The notes: generated by a model not told the origin, from the letters alone. 63,699 nt of DNA, filler included, from Octopus bimaculoides (GCF_001194135.2; 5 parts of 5 records of this genome joined end to end with filler, not necessarily neighbours in it); one strand, 5' to 3'. Shown: positions 37,480-50,959, counted from the first letter of the whole stretch. Program-made: numbers and translations.

Positions 37480-38470
37480 ATCAAATGAATCTGAGTGATC
37501 AATATGAATGTATTCAGGTTGGCATCAGCACCCATGATAATATATCTGCTGCTGAACTGTAATTTGCAACTTTGTCGGAGGTGGTAGCCGAATCGTTTAT
37601 GTTTTGGTCTATCGTGCTCCTGCACTACGTCGACCAAAATCGTTTTTCCTGCGTTCCCATCTTGATGCGACAAACATATAATTTCCGTAGATTAAAATCA
37701 TGTTTATGTTCCTATTTAGGTGAACAGCATGCACAATTACAAGGTTTTAGGGACGATACTTATCTCTAGACCTAATGTGGCCTTTCTCGTCAAGTTACTC
37801 AAAACCTGATGAATTTGCATAAACTATAATGACCACATGAGGCCGCTGCTATGGTATATGCGTCGCTTCTACAATGATACATTCTAACAGTCTACATCTA
37901 TTGCCAAACATAGGTGTTTCGTCTTATTCGTGAAGACATATTCAACAGCTTGCAACAGCTAACAGTTTCTGTACACTGGTTCACTGCATTCACGATGACG
38001 TCAGTGAGCATGGCATGTCCGTGTCTGTCGGTGCAGATCAAATACTGTATACATACTCTCTGTTCGAAAGCAACAGTTATTGGTTTTCCTGTTCATCTTT
38101 ACGACTTCCTTCGATATACATTGGTGAAAGATGGGCGCACACTTACACACATAGATACAAAGAGATATATAATCTATTTACTTCTTTTACCTCTGATGCA
38201 ATGGCTGTTTCCTTTGGACAATCAGACACTTATCTCTAGAAAATCCAACAAATTCATGAAGCTCTTCTCTTCACACTATGTCTATTGTGTATCATTCAGT
38301 AACTAATTCTAAAAACTTACTCTTCTGACTCCGCTCAATTTCAGTCATATAAAATTCTCTCCACGCTCAAGCTCTAATTTGAACACCAACCATATATATT
38401 TGACTAACTATGTTCTGTATACTAACGCAATCATCGTTGCTGAACCGCTGAAAGTAATGAAAAACAATGA
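37480..38470 (+). mobile_element. Highly degraded CR1/L2-like endonuclease relic
   Basis: RIVYVLVYRAP (similar to IVVYRPP), an NF-containing motif, and a later IVAEPL. Confidence 0.35.
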
Positions 38471-39026
38471 CGTCTGTCTATATTGTCGGCTTTCAAAATT
38501 TGTGTTGTAGTAGCAGTGAATATTACAATAGCTTATAATTCAAAATTGCACTAGTCAATTGTTAGCGCTCACAAAGATTATGAAAGATGTTAGAGGACGT
38601 GGACATTGCTGTATGATCAGAAATTCAAGCCAAAATTATGTGGTTCAGATTTCAATTTCACTGAACAACAGAGTTGATGTTTGTGTGAGTTAGCATGTGT
38701 ATGAATATATGATTATGTGTATGTCTGTGTTTGTGTTTCTGTGTGAACGCGTTCGTACATTTTTCATCAATGAATCTTTATCATTTATTTGTGTCAGGCA
38801 TTCCACTGCGGCCATGCCGGAGCACCACATTGTAGAATTTTAGTTGAAGGGGAATAACCCCAGTACTTATTTATTTTAAACCTGGTACCTATTTTATCGA
38901 TTTCTTCTGCCGAACCGCTAAATTACGGGGATATAACTCACCAATAACGGTTGTCAAGCGGTGGTGATAGTGGGACAAACACAGACACAAAGACACACAC
39001 ACTTAGATACGCACATACAAACATAC

Positions 39027-39057
<31 letters not shown>

Positions 39058-39157
39058 NNNNNNNNNNNNNNNNNNNNNNNNNNNNNNNNNNNNNNNNNNN
39101 NTTAATTAATTAANNNNNNNNNNNNNNNNNNNNNNNNNNNNNNNNNNNNNNNNNNNN

Positions 39158-39505
39158 AAGGCAAAGTCGACCTCGGCGGAATTTGAACTCAGAATGTAAA
39201 GACGGACGAAATGCCGTTAAGCATTTCGCCTAGCAACTTAACAATTCTGCCAGCTCACTGACTTAAACCAATAGTATCGTTAGTGATAATTAATGCGGCG
39301 AACTGTCGAAATCTTTAGTACGCCGGGCAAATTGCCTAGCAATAGTTTGTCCGTCTTTACGTTCTGCGTTCAAATTCGGCCGAGCTCACCTTTGCCTTTT
39401 GTCCTTTAGGAGTCGATTAAAATAAGTACCAGTTGAGTACTGGAGGTCGATGTTATCAACTTATCCCCTTCCCTAAAATTGCTGACCTTGTACCAAAATC
39501 GAAAA
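39158..39505. mobile_element. Two divergent family A SINEs (39158-39262 minus, 39292-39505 plus)
   Basis: Family A head and body in both orientations, about 30 bp apart. Confidence 0.75.
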
Positions 39506-39950
39506 TCATTATAAGGATTGATTAGTCTGATGAGCACAGAGCCAACAGAGAGTTACCGTCGTTGGTTTTTGAACTGACTCCGTAGAAATAACAAAGCAGT
39601 AAATTCACAGAGAATCTACAGAATTAGTTTCCCAGTTGCTAACAACGCCAAACTGGGATATCATTCAATAAAAGCCGAAATATTAAATGGCAAATATTGG
39701 GGGAAAATCAATTAATATATCCTCTGGCTTCTTCGAATGCATATGATTTCAAAAGGTTACTTGCCTCAATCTATAACAATTTTAGGCACTGGTGCACGCC
39801 GTCTGCTTAGTATTTTTGGCTTCTTTATTGAATTAATCCAAGATTAATGGATTACTGCAAATAACTCCCCATGTTTATATCTATATATCAGCTTGATTTC
39901 TAACCTTAAAAGCATTATAACGTATATGCTTCTTCTCTGACACACACACA

Positions 39951-40053
<103 letters not shown>

Positions 40054-40300
40054 TCATTTTCATATATATCATCATAGATATATGGTTATATATATATATA
40101 TATACTTGTAAATATAAATATACACACACAAGTATACATATATATGCATGTATAAAGTTATACACTGGCACGCATTCCCATACACATACATGTATATATC
40201 TCTACGTATATAATATATGTATGAATATATATGCGTGTATGTGTGTTTGTATGCATTTAAGTATATATACATACACACACACATATATATACATGTATAT

Positions 40301-41367
40301 ATATACAAGAATAAGGGCAGGGAATCGTCAATTCGTAAGAGAATTAATAATTAACAATTTTGCCAAGTAGTTCAGTATGAAAAAACCTTTATCGGTAAAA
40401 CCATTTATCATCATAAATATACAGGGATTAGCATTGAGTTGCTTCTCCAACATACTGAAAATTTAGAAATAGCAGTCAAAGAACTACTGATTCTAAACTA
40501 CAAATTTTTCTCTAAACGGATGGCGATATTTATGGCACACATAGAATAAAAAACCGGAGGGAAAAGCAAAAACAAACCTGCCTTTAGTTAATTGGATATG
40601 AACGTTTCATGGTTAAGAGTATGAAATTACTCTATTCCTAATCTTCAGCCCAATATTCTGATAAATTTGAAAGTGTCTCTAGAAAAATTCACGGTAATTT
40701 TTGGCAATGCGACACCAAAAACCAACGAGAAGAAAGGCACTTACGAATTCATCGGCTAGCGAGTTCAGGCACCTCACCTCAAAGAAATCTATTCCATGTG
40801 CGTCACAAATAGTCCCGTATGAAAAAAAGTCCCGTGTGAAGGGATTACGGTTTAACCATCTAACTTAGAGGTATCAAATATAAAATATACAAGAATAAGG
40901 GCAGGGAACCGTCAATTAGTAATAGAATTAATAATTAACAATTTTNNNNNNNNNNCACACGGGACTTTTTTTCATACGGGACTATTTGTGACGCACATGG
41001 AATAGATTTCTTTGAGGTGAGGTGCCTGAACTCGCTAGCCGATGAATTCGTAAGTGCCTTTCTTCTCGTTGGTTTTTGGTGTCGCATGGCCAAAAATTAC
41101 CGTGAATTTTTTTTTAAAGACACTTTCAAATTTATCAGAATATTGGGCTGAAGATTCGGAATAGAGTAATTTCATACTCTTAACCATGAAACGTTCGTAT
41201 CCAATTAACTAAAGGCAGGTTTGTTTTTGCTTTTCCCTCCGGTTTTTTGTACTATGTGTGCCATAGATATCACCATCCGTTTAGAGAAAAATTTGTAGTT
41301 TAGAATCAGTAGTTCTTTGACTGCTATTTCTAAATTTTCAGTATGTTGGAGAAGCAACTCAATGCTA
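40301..41367. mobile_element. Probable Penelope-like element with direct and inverted terminal repeats
   Basis: Direct repeat of about 61 bp at 40301-40361 and 40885-40945; inverted arms of about 410 bp at 40429-40838 and 40956-41367, across a 10-N gap. Confidence 0.5.
41142..41205 (+). ncRNA. Degenerate hammerhead-like motif (mirror copy at 40591-40654, minus strand)
   Basis: CUGAAGA, a hairpin containing AGAGUA/UACUCU, then GAAACGUU. Stem I pairing (AUUGG/CCAAU) is offset and poor. Confidence 0.3.
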
Positions 41368-41715
41368 TATATGTATATATATATAGGGATTCAACTGTGC
41401 TTAAGAGAATTGCTTAGGTGTGCAGATACATGTGAACTGTTACATCAATCTTAGAACGTGTATACATAACAGCATAAGTTCAGAAATTATCAACTTCATG
41501 AAAATAATGGATTCTCTGCGAATTCAAACCTCCATCTGAGATCAGCTACAAACACAGCTTCCCTATATGCAAGTATCTGTATAAGTGCACATGTGTGTGT
41601 ATATGAATATATCAATAAATGTATGTGTACCAGGTTGTCCATGGTTGTTTATGTAAATACGTATATACGCGCACACTCACACTCATAATTTTAATTAACT
41701 AAAATAAACTATGTG

Positions 41716-42020
41716 GAGGCACAATGGCCCAGTGGTTAGGGCAGCGGCCTCGCGGTAGGAGGATCGCGGTTTCGATTCCCAGAGCGGCCGTTGTGAGTGT
41801 TTGTTGAGCGAAAATACTTAAGCTCCACGAGGCTCCGGCATGGGATGGTGGCGACCCCTGTTGTACTCTTTCACTCCAACTTTCTCTCACTCTGTCTTCC
41901 TGTTTCTTGAGTAATGCTGAGATGGACTGGCGTCCCGTCCGGCTGCTGTGGGGCACATACGGCATAGATACCGAGAAACCGGGCCCATGAGCGTAGCTAG
42001 GCTTTGAAAGGGCGACGTTT
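41716..42020 (+). mobile_element. tRNA-derived SINE family D
   Basis: GGAGGCACAATGGCCCAGTGGTTAGGG (A box), GGTTTCGATTCCC (B box), LINE-like 3' tail GATGGACTGGCGTCCCGTCC. Confidence 0.75.
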
Positions 42021-42663
42021 ATCGTTAATCTAAACTATAGATCTTTTCATACTCTCACAGTTAATAATAAAAATTAGAAAATAAATACATTTACTTACAG
42101 TTGACTGTGATTTTAAACTATGTATATGAACATCTAACAGTTCATTTGTTGTCGAACATATTAAAACACAGACGCACACACAAAATAATAAAAATAAAAG
42201 AAAAGAAAAATAAAAACAAAATGCATATGAATGTGTAAGGTTTTATTTTTTTAAATATATATTAACTCACGCACGCACATGAATTTAACAGACACTCGCA
42301 CATAGATTTAACACACACGAACACAAATAAATAAAGACAAAATTCATGTGTATATAACGGTAAATTTTAAAATATTAACATACACGCGCACAGGTCAATA
42401 TACGGCGTATTTTACACGTTGAGTCTACTGATGTTGACCCGAACAATTGGGATGTGATTTTCTTTTTATGTATAATTCTCACCCCGAGGAAAATATCTAA
42501 ATATGTACTGCAACAGTTTTTGGAGCCATGATAGCTCGCTCACAGATCCATTCTGTATCGTTGTAATTATGAAGATTCGGAAAGATGTGTGTATGTGTGC
42601 TTTTAGTGAGGGGAAGAGACAGAGAAAGAAAGAGAGAGAGACAAAGATAGAAAGGAGGAGAGA

Positions 42664-42718
<55 letters not shown>

Positions 42719-43049
42719 NNNNNNNNNNNNNNNNNNNNNNNNNNNNNNNNNNNNNNNNNNNNNNNNNNNNNNNNNNNNNNNNNNNNNNNNNNNNNNNNNN
42801 NNNNNNNNNNNNNNNNNNNNNNNNNNNNNNNNNNNNNNNNNNNNNNNNNNNNNNNNNNNNNNNNNNNNNNNNNNNNNNNNNNNNNNNNNNNNNNNNNNNN
42901 NNNNNNNNNNNNNNNNNNNNNNNNNNNNNNNNNNNNNNNNNNNNNNNNNNNNNNNNNNNNNNNNNNNNNNNNNNNNNNNNNNNNNNNNNNNNNNNNNNNN
43001 NNNNNNNNNNNNNNATATATAATATACATACATATATATGTATTGTGAA

Positions 43050-43345
43050 CGCGTATGGTTCAGTTGCCAGAGCGTCAGATTCACAATCATGAAGTAGTGA
43101 GTTTGATACCCGGACTGGGTTATGTGGTTTATTTCACATCTCTCCAGTTCAATCAGCCGCAGAAACGAGTTGCGACGTCAGTAGAGCCGAGCTGTATCGA
43201 CCTTTGGCTTTCATTTGGATAAGAACAGTAGCGTGGAGAGGGGAGTCTGGCAAATATGGGCGACTACTGGTATTCTATAAACAACCTTGCCTAGACTTAT
43301 GCCTCATAGGCGAATTTTCTCTGTGCAACCTTACCGAAGGTGACT
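43050..43345 (+). mobile_element. tRNA-derived SINE family E
   Basis: GCGTATGGTTCAGTTG...GTGAGTTTGATACCCGG head. Confidence 0.55.
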
Positions 43346-43351
43346 GCATCC

Positions 43352-43437
<86 letters not shown>

Positions 43438-43702
43438 TAACGGGTGTTTGTTTGTGTTAAGAGATCACACACCAGTAAATATATATAGAAAAATGGTTAG
43501 AGAAAGTAATCATGGAATCATAGCAAGTAAATATTACTGGATTCACTGGTTTAAATAGATCACTTCATGCTGAAATAAAACGCAAATAAAAATTGACTTA
43601 TGTAGACTAAAATACCAATGCTAGAAGTTCATATATATTTTTATATATATTCATATATATTTTTATATATTTTATATGCATATATTTTTATATATATTTC
43701 AT

Positions 43703-44079
43703 ATGGGGCTAATGCAGTTTCGCACCTTTCCTTGAAAACTGCATGTTTTTGAAAAATAATTTTCGGATTCCTACGTTTAAGATGTTGAAGATTACGAATA
43801 TGCAACAAAAAAAAAAAAATTAAATTTAACTCACCCTCCAAATCGAAATTAAATAGACAAAAACATTAAAGCGAAAGGAATTTGCGTTTTACTTGTGTTT
43901 GTTTTAAATAATCGTAAATAATAATTTAATGTAAATTAAATATACATCATTTTAAGAGAAACAAACAGGGTATAAATTTTTTTTGCATATTCGTATCGTA
44001 ATTTCCGACATCTAAAACGTAGGACTCCGAAAAAAAAAATGCATTTTTCAAGAAAGGTGCAAAACTGCATTACTCCCAT
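43703..44079. mobile_element. Foldback/MITE with imperfect TIRs of about 105 bp
   Basis: ATGGGGCTAATGCAGTTTCGCACCTTTC... versus ...GAAAGGTGCAAAACTGCATTACTCCCAT. Confidence 0.7.
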
Positions 44080-44407
44080 TTTTGTAGAAAAATCATATGG
44101 CTGGCACTGCATCTTATATTCTTTGATTGCTTCTCAGTAGTGATGACTGGTTAATAAAATTAGTCACAATTAGACGGTGGTAGGAGGGACAGTAGCTGTA
44201 ACTGTAGTATTGTTGGTAGTAGCTGCTGTCTCTCTCGGTTGGTGGGAGTGGTAGCAAATGGGTCTGTTGGTGGTGACTGAGGTACAGTAGTAGTAGTAGT
44301 AGTAACAGTTACGATACTCTCTTTAATTTAGCAGGTTGTTATTTTTTTTATTCATAGTAGTTATATAAGTTATAAGTGTGTGTGTATAATACATACATAC
44401 ATACATG

Positions 44408-44447
<40 letters not shown>

Positions 44448-44547
44448 NNNNNNNNNNNNNNNNNNNNNNNNNNNNNNNNNNNNNNNNNNNNTTAATTAAT
44501 TAANNNNNNNNNNNNNNNNNNNNNNNNNNNNNNNNNNNNNNNNNNNN

Positions 44548-44846
44548 CCACACACGTTCTTCGATCACCGTTTGTTATCTCCCCCTTTTCTTAGCTCTCC
44601 TGAAAAAAAGAATTTCTAACTTCCGGTCAGCCATTATTAGCCATTATTATGATTGACCGTTGACTGAACACTATTCAATTTTTTTTCTCCGTTTTTTTCC
44701 TCCTTGTCTCCGTATTCTTTCTGTTGAAGAGCGTAGCTCGAAACGTCAAAGACTTTCCGTATTCCTGAGCGTCATACTAATACATCCTTTTGTTATTTAC
44801 ACCACCTGTCCTCGTCTGTTGTTGTTTTTTCGTACATTCTCCCATA
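44548..44846 (+). mobile_element. Penelope-like terminal repeat, related subfamily
   Basis: Reverse-complement similarity to 10571-10700, ending ...ACACCACCTGTCCTCGTC...TTCTCCCATA. Confidence 0.65.
44716..44752 (+). ncRNA. Minimal type I hammerhead-like motif, A6U variant, in a Penelope-like terminal repeat
   Basis: UCUUU-CUGUUGA-A-GAGC(GUA)GCUC-GAAAC-GUC-AAAGA; palindromic ACGU stem III, GUC triplet. Confidence 0.6.
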
Positions 44847-45883
44847 TATACATACATAGACAGCTACATACATACATACACAGATAGATGCATACATACA
44901 TACATAGAGAGATACATAGATACATATATGGACAGATGGATAGATAGATAGATAGATACGAGTGTGTGTACTGGTGTGCGTGTTTGTATGCCTGTATGTA
45001 CGTGCGTACGTATGTATGTATTTATGAAAGTATAACGGATTACGTTTGTTGCATACTTAATTCCAAAGGTCTAACCTATATTTCTTTTAAGCGGCGGAAT
45101 GTCTCCTCAGAAGAATCGCTCAAAACGCTGCAAGACTCCCAGTCTTTGGTTCCTTCTGCCAAATCTTTTCTTCTTTCTTATCATTAACAGTTTTTTTATT
45201 GATCTTGTTATGACCATAACAGCGGCAAGACTCACAGGTTTTGCTTCTTTGAAGCAGTAAATCTCACGGGAATGTCTAAAAAAATTGTTCTACTGACGCT
45301 GCTGTCACAAGTGAAGCGGCAAAGCCCACAGGAATATCCGAAAAGTGTTTCTACCGATTATTCCAACGATCATTTTTCTTATTCTCAATTGTCGAAATAT
45401 AATAGCTTGATGGTTATCGCATTTCGCCAACATATCATATATTATCGGTTCAATTCTATTTCATTACTGTAGATGTTTACGGTATTTTTGGACAGTACTT
45501 AGCAAAATAGTAATAGCTGCCCGAGAACATGCGCATAGTAGTAATGCATAAAATTACATAATAATCTTTTATGTATTACTGGTATATATTTGTGTAGAAC
45601 ACAATCTTTGCATGTGTATGTATTCTTATAATACTCCCTTTTGTTTGGGAATAACTACACATAATAGACTGTCTTCTGGCTGATGTACGTCGTTTTTGTA
45701 TCCTCTCCATTTTCTTTTTGCCCTATAAATTAAGAGCAAACCACTTTTTACCCCCGCCTATATATGACACTCGATTGCGAAATTGCCACTTGGGTATTAA
45801 TAATTGGGCACACTACCAGAAGTATATTGGATAGGTACTATCCCTTAGTTGGTTGGCTTCCCAGCCCCTAACTCTCACGGATA

Positions 45884-45979
<96 letters not shown>

Positions 45980-46027
45980 AGAGAGAGAGAGAAAGAGCAG
46001 TTGGATGTGTTAGCATCGATGTCGTAG

Positions 46028-46095
46028 GTTTTGTAACTAACGGGGACAGCAATTGTGAAATACCTCAAGAAATTCCACTGGATCCTATAAAACAG
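46028..46095 (+). CDS. Candidate coding exon (GFVTNGDSNCEIPQEIPLDPIKQ), phase 1 to phase 0; alternative in-frame acceptor at 46001
   Basis: Good CAG|GTAAAC donor, open frame, and phases that bridge the 17092 and 49417 exons. The acceptor is weak because the upstream sequence is purine-rich. Confidence 0.5.
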
Positions 46096-46889
46096 GTAAA
46101 CAGTTGCTTGATTATGCAACTGTATATTCCTGTATATTTGAAGATATGTGTTGTATGGAATTATGTGCAGTGATTAAGAAATAACTGTCTCCTTCTTGTT
46201 GACTTTATCTTATTCAATGATATATATATATATATGTATATATTTATATATTTGTGTGTGTGTATGTAATCATGGACACACATAGATACATACATGCATT
46301 CATGCCAACACAAATACTGAACACACACACACGCTTATGTTATAAATGGCGTTGGTGACCTCGAACGTTGCACCTGTACAAAAATAACTAATTCTGACTT
46401 AAAGCAACTTCATAATACATGAAAGCTTTCACAATTCTGTGCTACCTGTTACCTCTCTCTCTTTTTTTCTCTCTCCCTCTCTCTCTCTCTCTTTCTGTCT
46501 GATTGTCTGTGTTTCTATTTGCAATATGTTCCTTTTAAAAAAAATGTTTCTGCAATATTTCTAATAACTTACATTCACAATTGGCTGTCCATTATTCAGT
46601 CGTCGAGTTTGATGTTAAAGAAATTTCCTCAATAATAAGTAAATGCTAACAATTTTCACTCTATAGAAATTCCAATTTTGAAAATTCTACACAGAAAAGA
46701 AAAAAAAAAAGTAAAGAAATTATGAGTAACTGAATACACAGACACACACACATACACACATATATATGCATACATACATATATATGTATATAAATATGTA
46801 TATATGCATATATATATAAGCAAACATAGGTATATCTATGCATATATCTATACATATGTATTTATGTGTCTGTGCGAGTGAGCGTATAT

Positions 46890-46925
<36 letters not shown>

Positions 46926-47382
46926 NNNNNNNNNNAATGTTGTGTGTGTGTTTGTGTATGTGTTTTATTTGTGTTTGTGTGTCTGTTTATGCGATTATGG
47001 AGCTATACATAAAACAGTGTACATTAAAGACGTTAGACATACGTTTACTGTATGTATATATTTCACTCTCTATATATATATGTATGCGTGTGAGTCAGTG
47101 TGTTTGCGCGCACGCCTCCCTGTGTGTGTAGAGGAATACAAAATTTAGTCAGAGACAAGCAAACACCCATCTACACCTTGCCACATCCACTCAGACCACA
47201 ACAAACTTAGAAACACACACGTACACACAAATATATATACGCACATATGCACTTGAACACACGAATACACGTACATATATACATAGACACACACAAACAC
47301 CGAGGCAGACACAGGCACATTTACACACACATATATATATATATATATATACATACACACACACACATATGTATATACATAA

Positions 47383-47420
<38 letters not shown>

Positions 47421-47980
47421 CGAACGATTAGAAGAATTTACAAATAGCCATTAATTTTAAATAATGTCNNNNNNNNNNNNNNNNNNNNNNNNNNNNNNNN
47501 NNNNNNNNNNNNNNNNNNNNNNNNNNNNNNNNNNNNNNNNNNNNNNNNNNNNNNNNNNNNNNNNNNNNNNNNNNNNNNNNNNNNNNNNNNNNNNNNNNNN
47601 NNNNNNNNNNNNNNNNNNNNNNNNNNNNNNNNNNNNNNNNNNNNNNNNNNNNNNNNNNNNNNNNNNNNNNNNNNNNNNNNNNNNNNNNNNNNNNNNNNNN
47701 NNNNNNNNNNNNNNNNNNNNNNNNNNNNNNNNNNNNNNNNNNNNNNNNNNNNNNNNNNNNNNNNNNNNNNNNNNNNNNNNNNNNNNNNNNNNNNNNNNNN
47801 NNNNNNNNNNNNNNNNNNNNNNNNNNNNNNNNNNNNNNNNNNNNNNNNNNNNNNNNNNNNNNNNNNNNNNNNNNNNNNNNNNNNNNNNNNNNNNNNNNNN
47901 NNNNNNNNNNNNNNNNNNNNNNNNNNNNNNNNNNNNNNNNNNNNNNNNNNNNNNNNNNNNNNNNNNNNNNNNNNNNNNNN

Positions 47981-48012
<32 letters not shown>

Positions 48013-48369
48013 ATTCATTTATGTATTATGGACGAGAGAGAAAAAGAAAGACACAAGCTATATAGAGAGGAAGAGAGAGTGCATGTGTGTGTGTGTGTGT
48101 GTTTCTTTCTGGTTGTGCGCCCGCGTATGTGTATGCTTGTGTTTGGGTGCGTGTGAGAGAGAGAGAGAGAGCGAGAGAGGGAGGGATGGCACATATGCAT
48201 TATGAATGCTTTTGTAATTACGTTACTTTGATATAGCCTCGATTCTTCTAACGTTATACATTTTTATGCTTTCTTTACCGTGATTACGGTCTCCCTCTTG
48301 TTATTTCACATATTTCGAGCAGAATACTTCGTTTCAGACAAGCAAATCACTAATACTCTCTTTTTCACT

Positions 48370-48424
<55 letters not shown>

Positions 48425-48586
48425 NNNNNNNNNNNNNNNNNNNNNNNNNNNNNNNNNNNNNNNNNNNNNNNNNNNNNNNNNNNNNNNNNNNNNNNNNNNN
48501 NNNNNNNNNNNNNNNNNNNNNNNNNNNNNNNNNNNNNNNNNNNNNNNNNNNNNNNNNNNNNNNNNNNNNNNNNNNNNNNNNNNNNN

Positions 48587-48665
<79 letters not shown>

Positions 48666-48711
48666 GTATATTCATATATATTTGTGTATATATATGTATG
48701 CATATGTATCC

Positions 48712-48856
48712 AGCATCTACTCTCTTCACCCAGGGCAGCACTACCTCCTCCAGGCACCTGAGGTAGGCTTCCATGTTGAGTCTCAAGCCATGTATGAACA
48801 TGAATAGAGGCATGACGTCGCCATCTCTTCTCATTACTCCCAAAAGCCATGATGCT
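48712..48856 (-). mobile_element. Tc1-like transposase catalytic fragment
   Basis: GVMRRDGDVMPLFMFIHGLRLNMEAYLRCLEEVVLPWVKRVDAG. Confidence 0.75.
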
Positions 48857-49092
48857 GTACGAATGTTTGATTTCTACCACTGTCGGATTCACGTTTTGGG
48901 GAACGGCAAGCCAACAGTTGTTTCGTGTGTCCATCGTCTGTTCGTATTGGAACTTCCAACACAAATGTCAAACACTACAGTACGTGGTTTCCAAATTTCT
49001 GGCAGAGCGAACTGCGTCATAGTGCTGTTTTCTCACAGACGGTGCCCAACTGATCCTACTATATAGTGTCGTCGAAACAAATAAATATGCAG

Positions 49093-49155
<63 letters not shown>

Positions 49156-49416
49156 GATTACACATATCTATCTGTATTTGTATTAAAAAAAATATATGTA
49201 TATATATCCATATATATACTATATGCATACATATACATATATATGTCTGTGTGGGTGTGTATGTATATAATTTATATACACAGACGCACATACATATGTA
49301 TCGAATATATATACGTGTGCTTACATGTGAAATTTCGCCCCCAGTGAATGAACTGTTGCACTAAATGATCTCAGGTTTTAAATTCTCTTCCAATATATTC
49401 ATATTTCACTACACAG

Positions 49417-49557
49417 CCATGTGGGCGTACAGTAAAGTGTTTTATGTGGATCTTTTCCTTCGTTCCTAAGTATAGCATCCGCTATGAATTTCAGCCGGAA
49501 GCAGAGCGACAGCAAATTCAAAATGGCGTCCACGATTCACTGAACTATTTTGCATAA
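49417..49557 (+). CDS. Candidate terminal coding exon (PCGRTVKCFMWIFSFVPKYSIRYEFQPEAERQQIQNGVHDSLNYFA*)
   Basis: Pyrimidine-rich ttcactacacag| acceptor, phase 0, 46 open codons to TAA at 49555, unique sequence with protein-like composition. Confidence 0.65.
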   Translation, partial: PCGRTVKCFMWIFSFVPKYSIRYEFQPEAERQQIQNGVHDSLNYFA

Positions 49558-50429
49558 ACTTTTCATTATCACGAAAAGCAGCCTAAATACAAGTGTCTAT
49601 TTATGCATATATGTACGACTACATGTAGTACATGTATATCTGCATGCACGGCTATGCAAGCAAACGACTTCATGCATATATGAATGTATATCTATAGATA
49701 GACATTAGTCGTTAGTTTGTAATGATCAGTATATATACTTATAAATATATATATATTCGTAACTATATATAAAATTATGCCCGTGAGTGGGTGTTTAATT
49801 AAATAGAAGAGTACGCCATCACACATAATCCTGAAGGTAATTGATTTTACAAAAAGCACAGCACTTTACGATCTGCGTATATGTACATATATATATATGT
49901 GTGTAGATATATATATATATATATCAGTGTGTATGCTTATTTATATACATGTACGTATGTTTGCGTATACATAGTCACACATGCTTGTGTATGTATGGAT
50001 GTTTATGGAAACACCATGCATATGAGGCGCAAACGTCAAAAATAGAAGAAAATTGAGAGAATTAGAATACTAGCTACAGCAACAACTAATAATAATAATG
50101 ATAATTGTAATAATAATGATGATGATTGTATTATTTTTATTATAGTTGTCACTTATTTTTGTTGTTGTAGTCGTCTGTTTTTTGGGGTTTTTTGTTTGTT
50201 TTGCTTCTTTGTTTTCCTTTGTATATTTTTTGTCGTTAGTGTTAGATTTTAGTGTCCCCATTATTCTCATAGCAATATTATTATTATTAAGGTAATAAGT
50301 TTATATATTAAGTGTTTTAGGGAAGAGAAGGAACTGTTTCTTTAATAATATTAATCTGAAAAATAACAAAGTAATGATAATAATAATAATAATTATTATT
50401 ATTATAACACCGTTATTAACAACAATAGC

Positions 50430-50466
<37 letters not shown>

Positions 50467-50864
50467 TGAGTGCATAATAAAACGAATGAATGGTTGCGGC
50501 GAACAGATTTGTATCTTTTCTTCTCTTGTTTTGCGTTTCGGTTGGAAGCCATTAACGAATCTAATTTGGAGCGAACTGCTTCCAGCATAGAACACTATCG
50601 TTCATACAGCATGTAATGTTTATAATGAATTCGAACTGAACGATGATTATGATGAGTATTGTGGTAATGATGGTGGTGGTGGTGGTGCAGATTGTGATGT
50701 AGATGATAGTGTTGATGATGATGCTCCGTTGAAGATGTTGAAAAAAAGAGGGTGTCTTTAATAATAAAAAATAATAACAACAATAATAATGGTTTGAAAA
50801 TTTTGCATAAGGGCAGCCATTTTGGAGGAGGTGATGTATCGATTACATCGATCCCACTGTTCAA

Positions 50865-50945
50865 TAACGTAATACTAGACACTGCACACATCCTACGCAA
50901 AACACTTTCAATACAGTAACCATAAGAGCATCACAGTAAACCTCA
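50865..50945 (+). mobile_element. 3' tip of a second R4/Dong-like family
   Basis: LDTAHILRKTLSIQ* is a typical Dong C-terminus. Confidence 0.55.
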
Positions 50946-50959
50946 AAATAATTGAGGGG

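Noticed and set aside
49495-49530. ETS (CCGGAAG) plus YY1-like (AAAATGGCG) motifs suggesting a promoter
   Set aside because: They are better explained as codons inside the candidate terminal exon 49417-49557.
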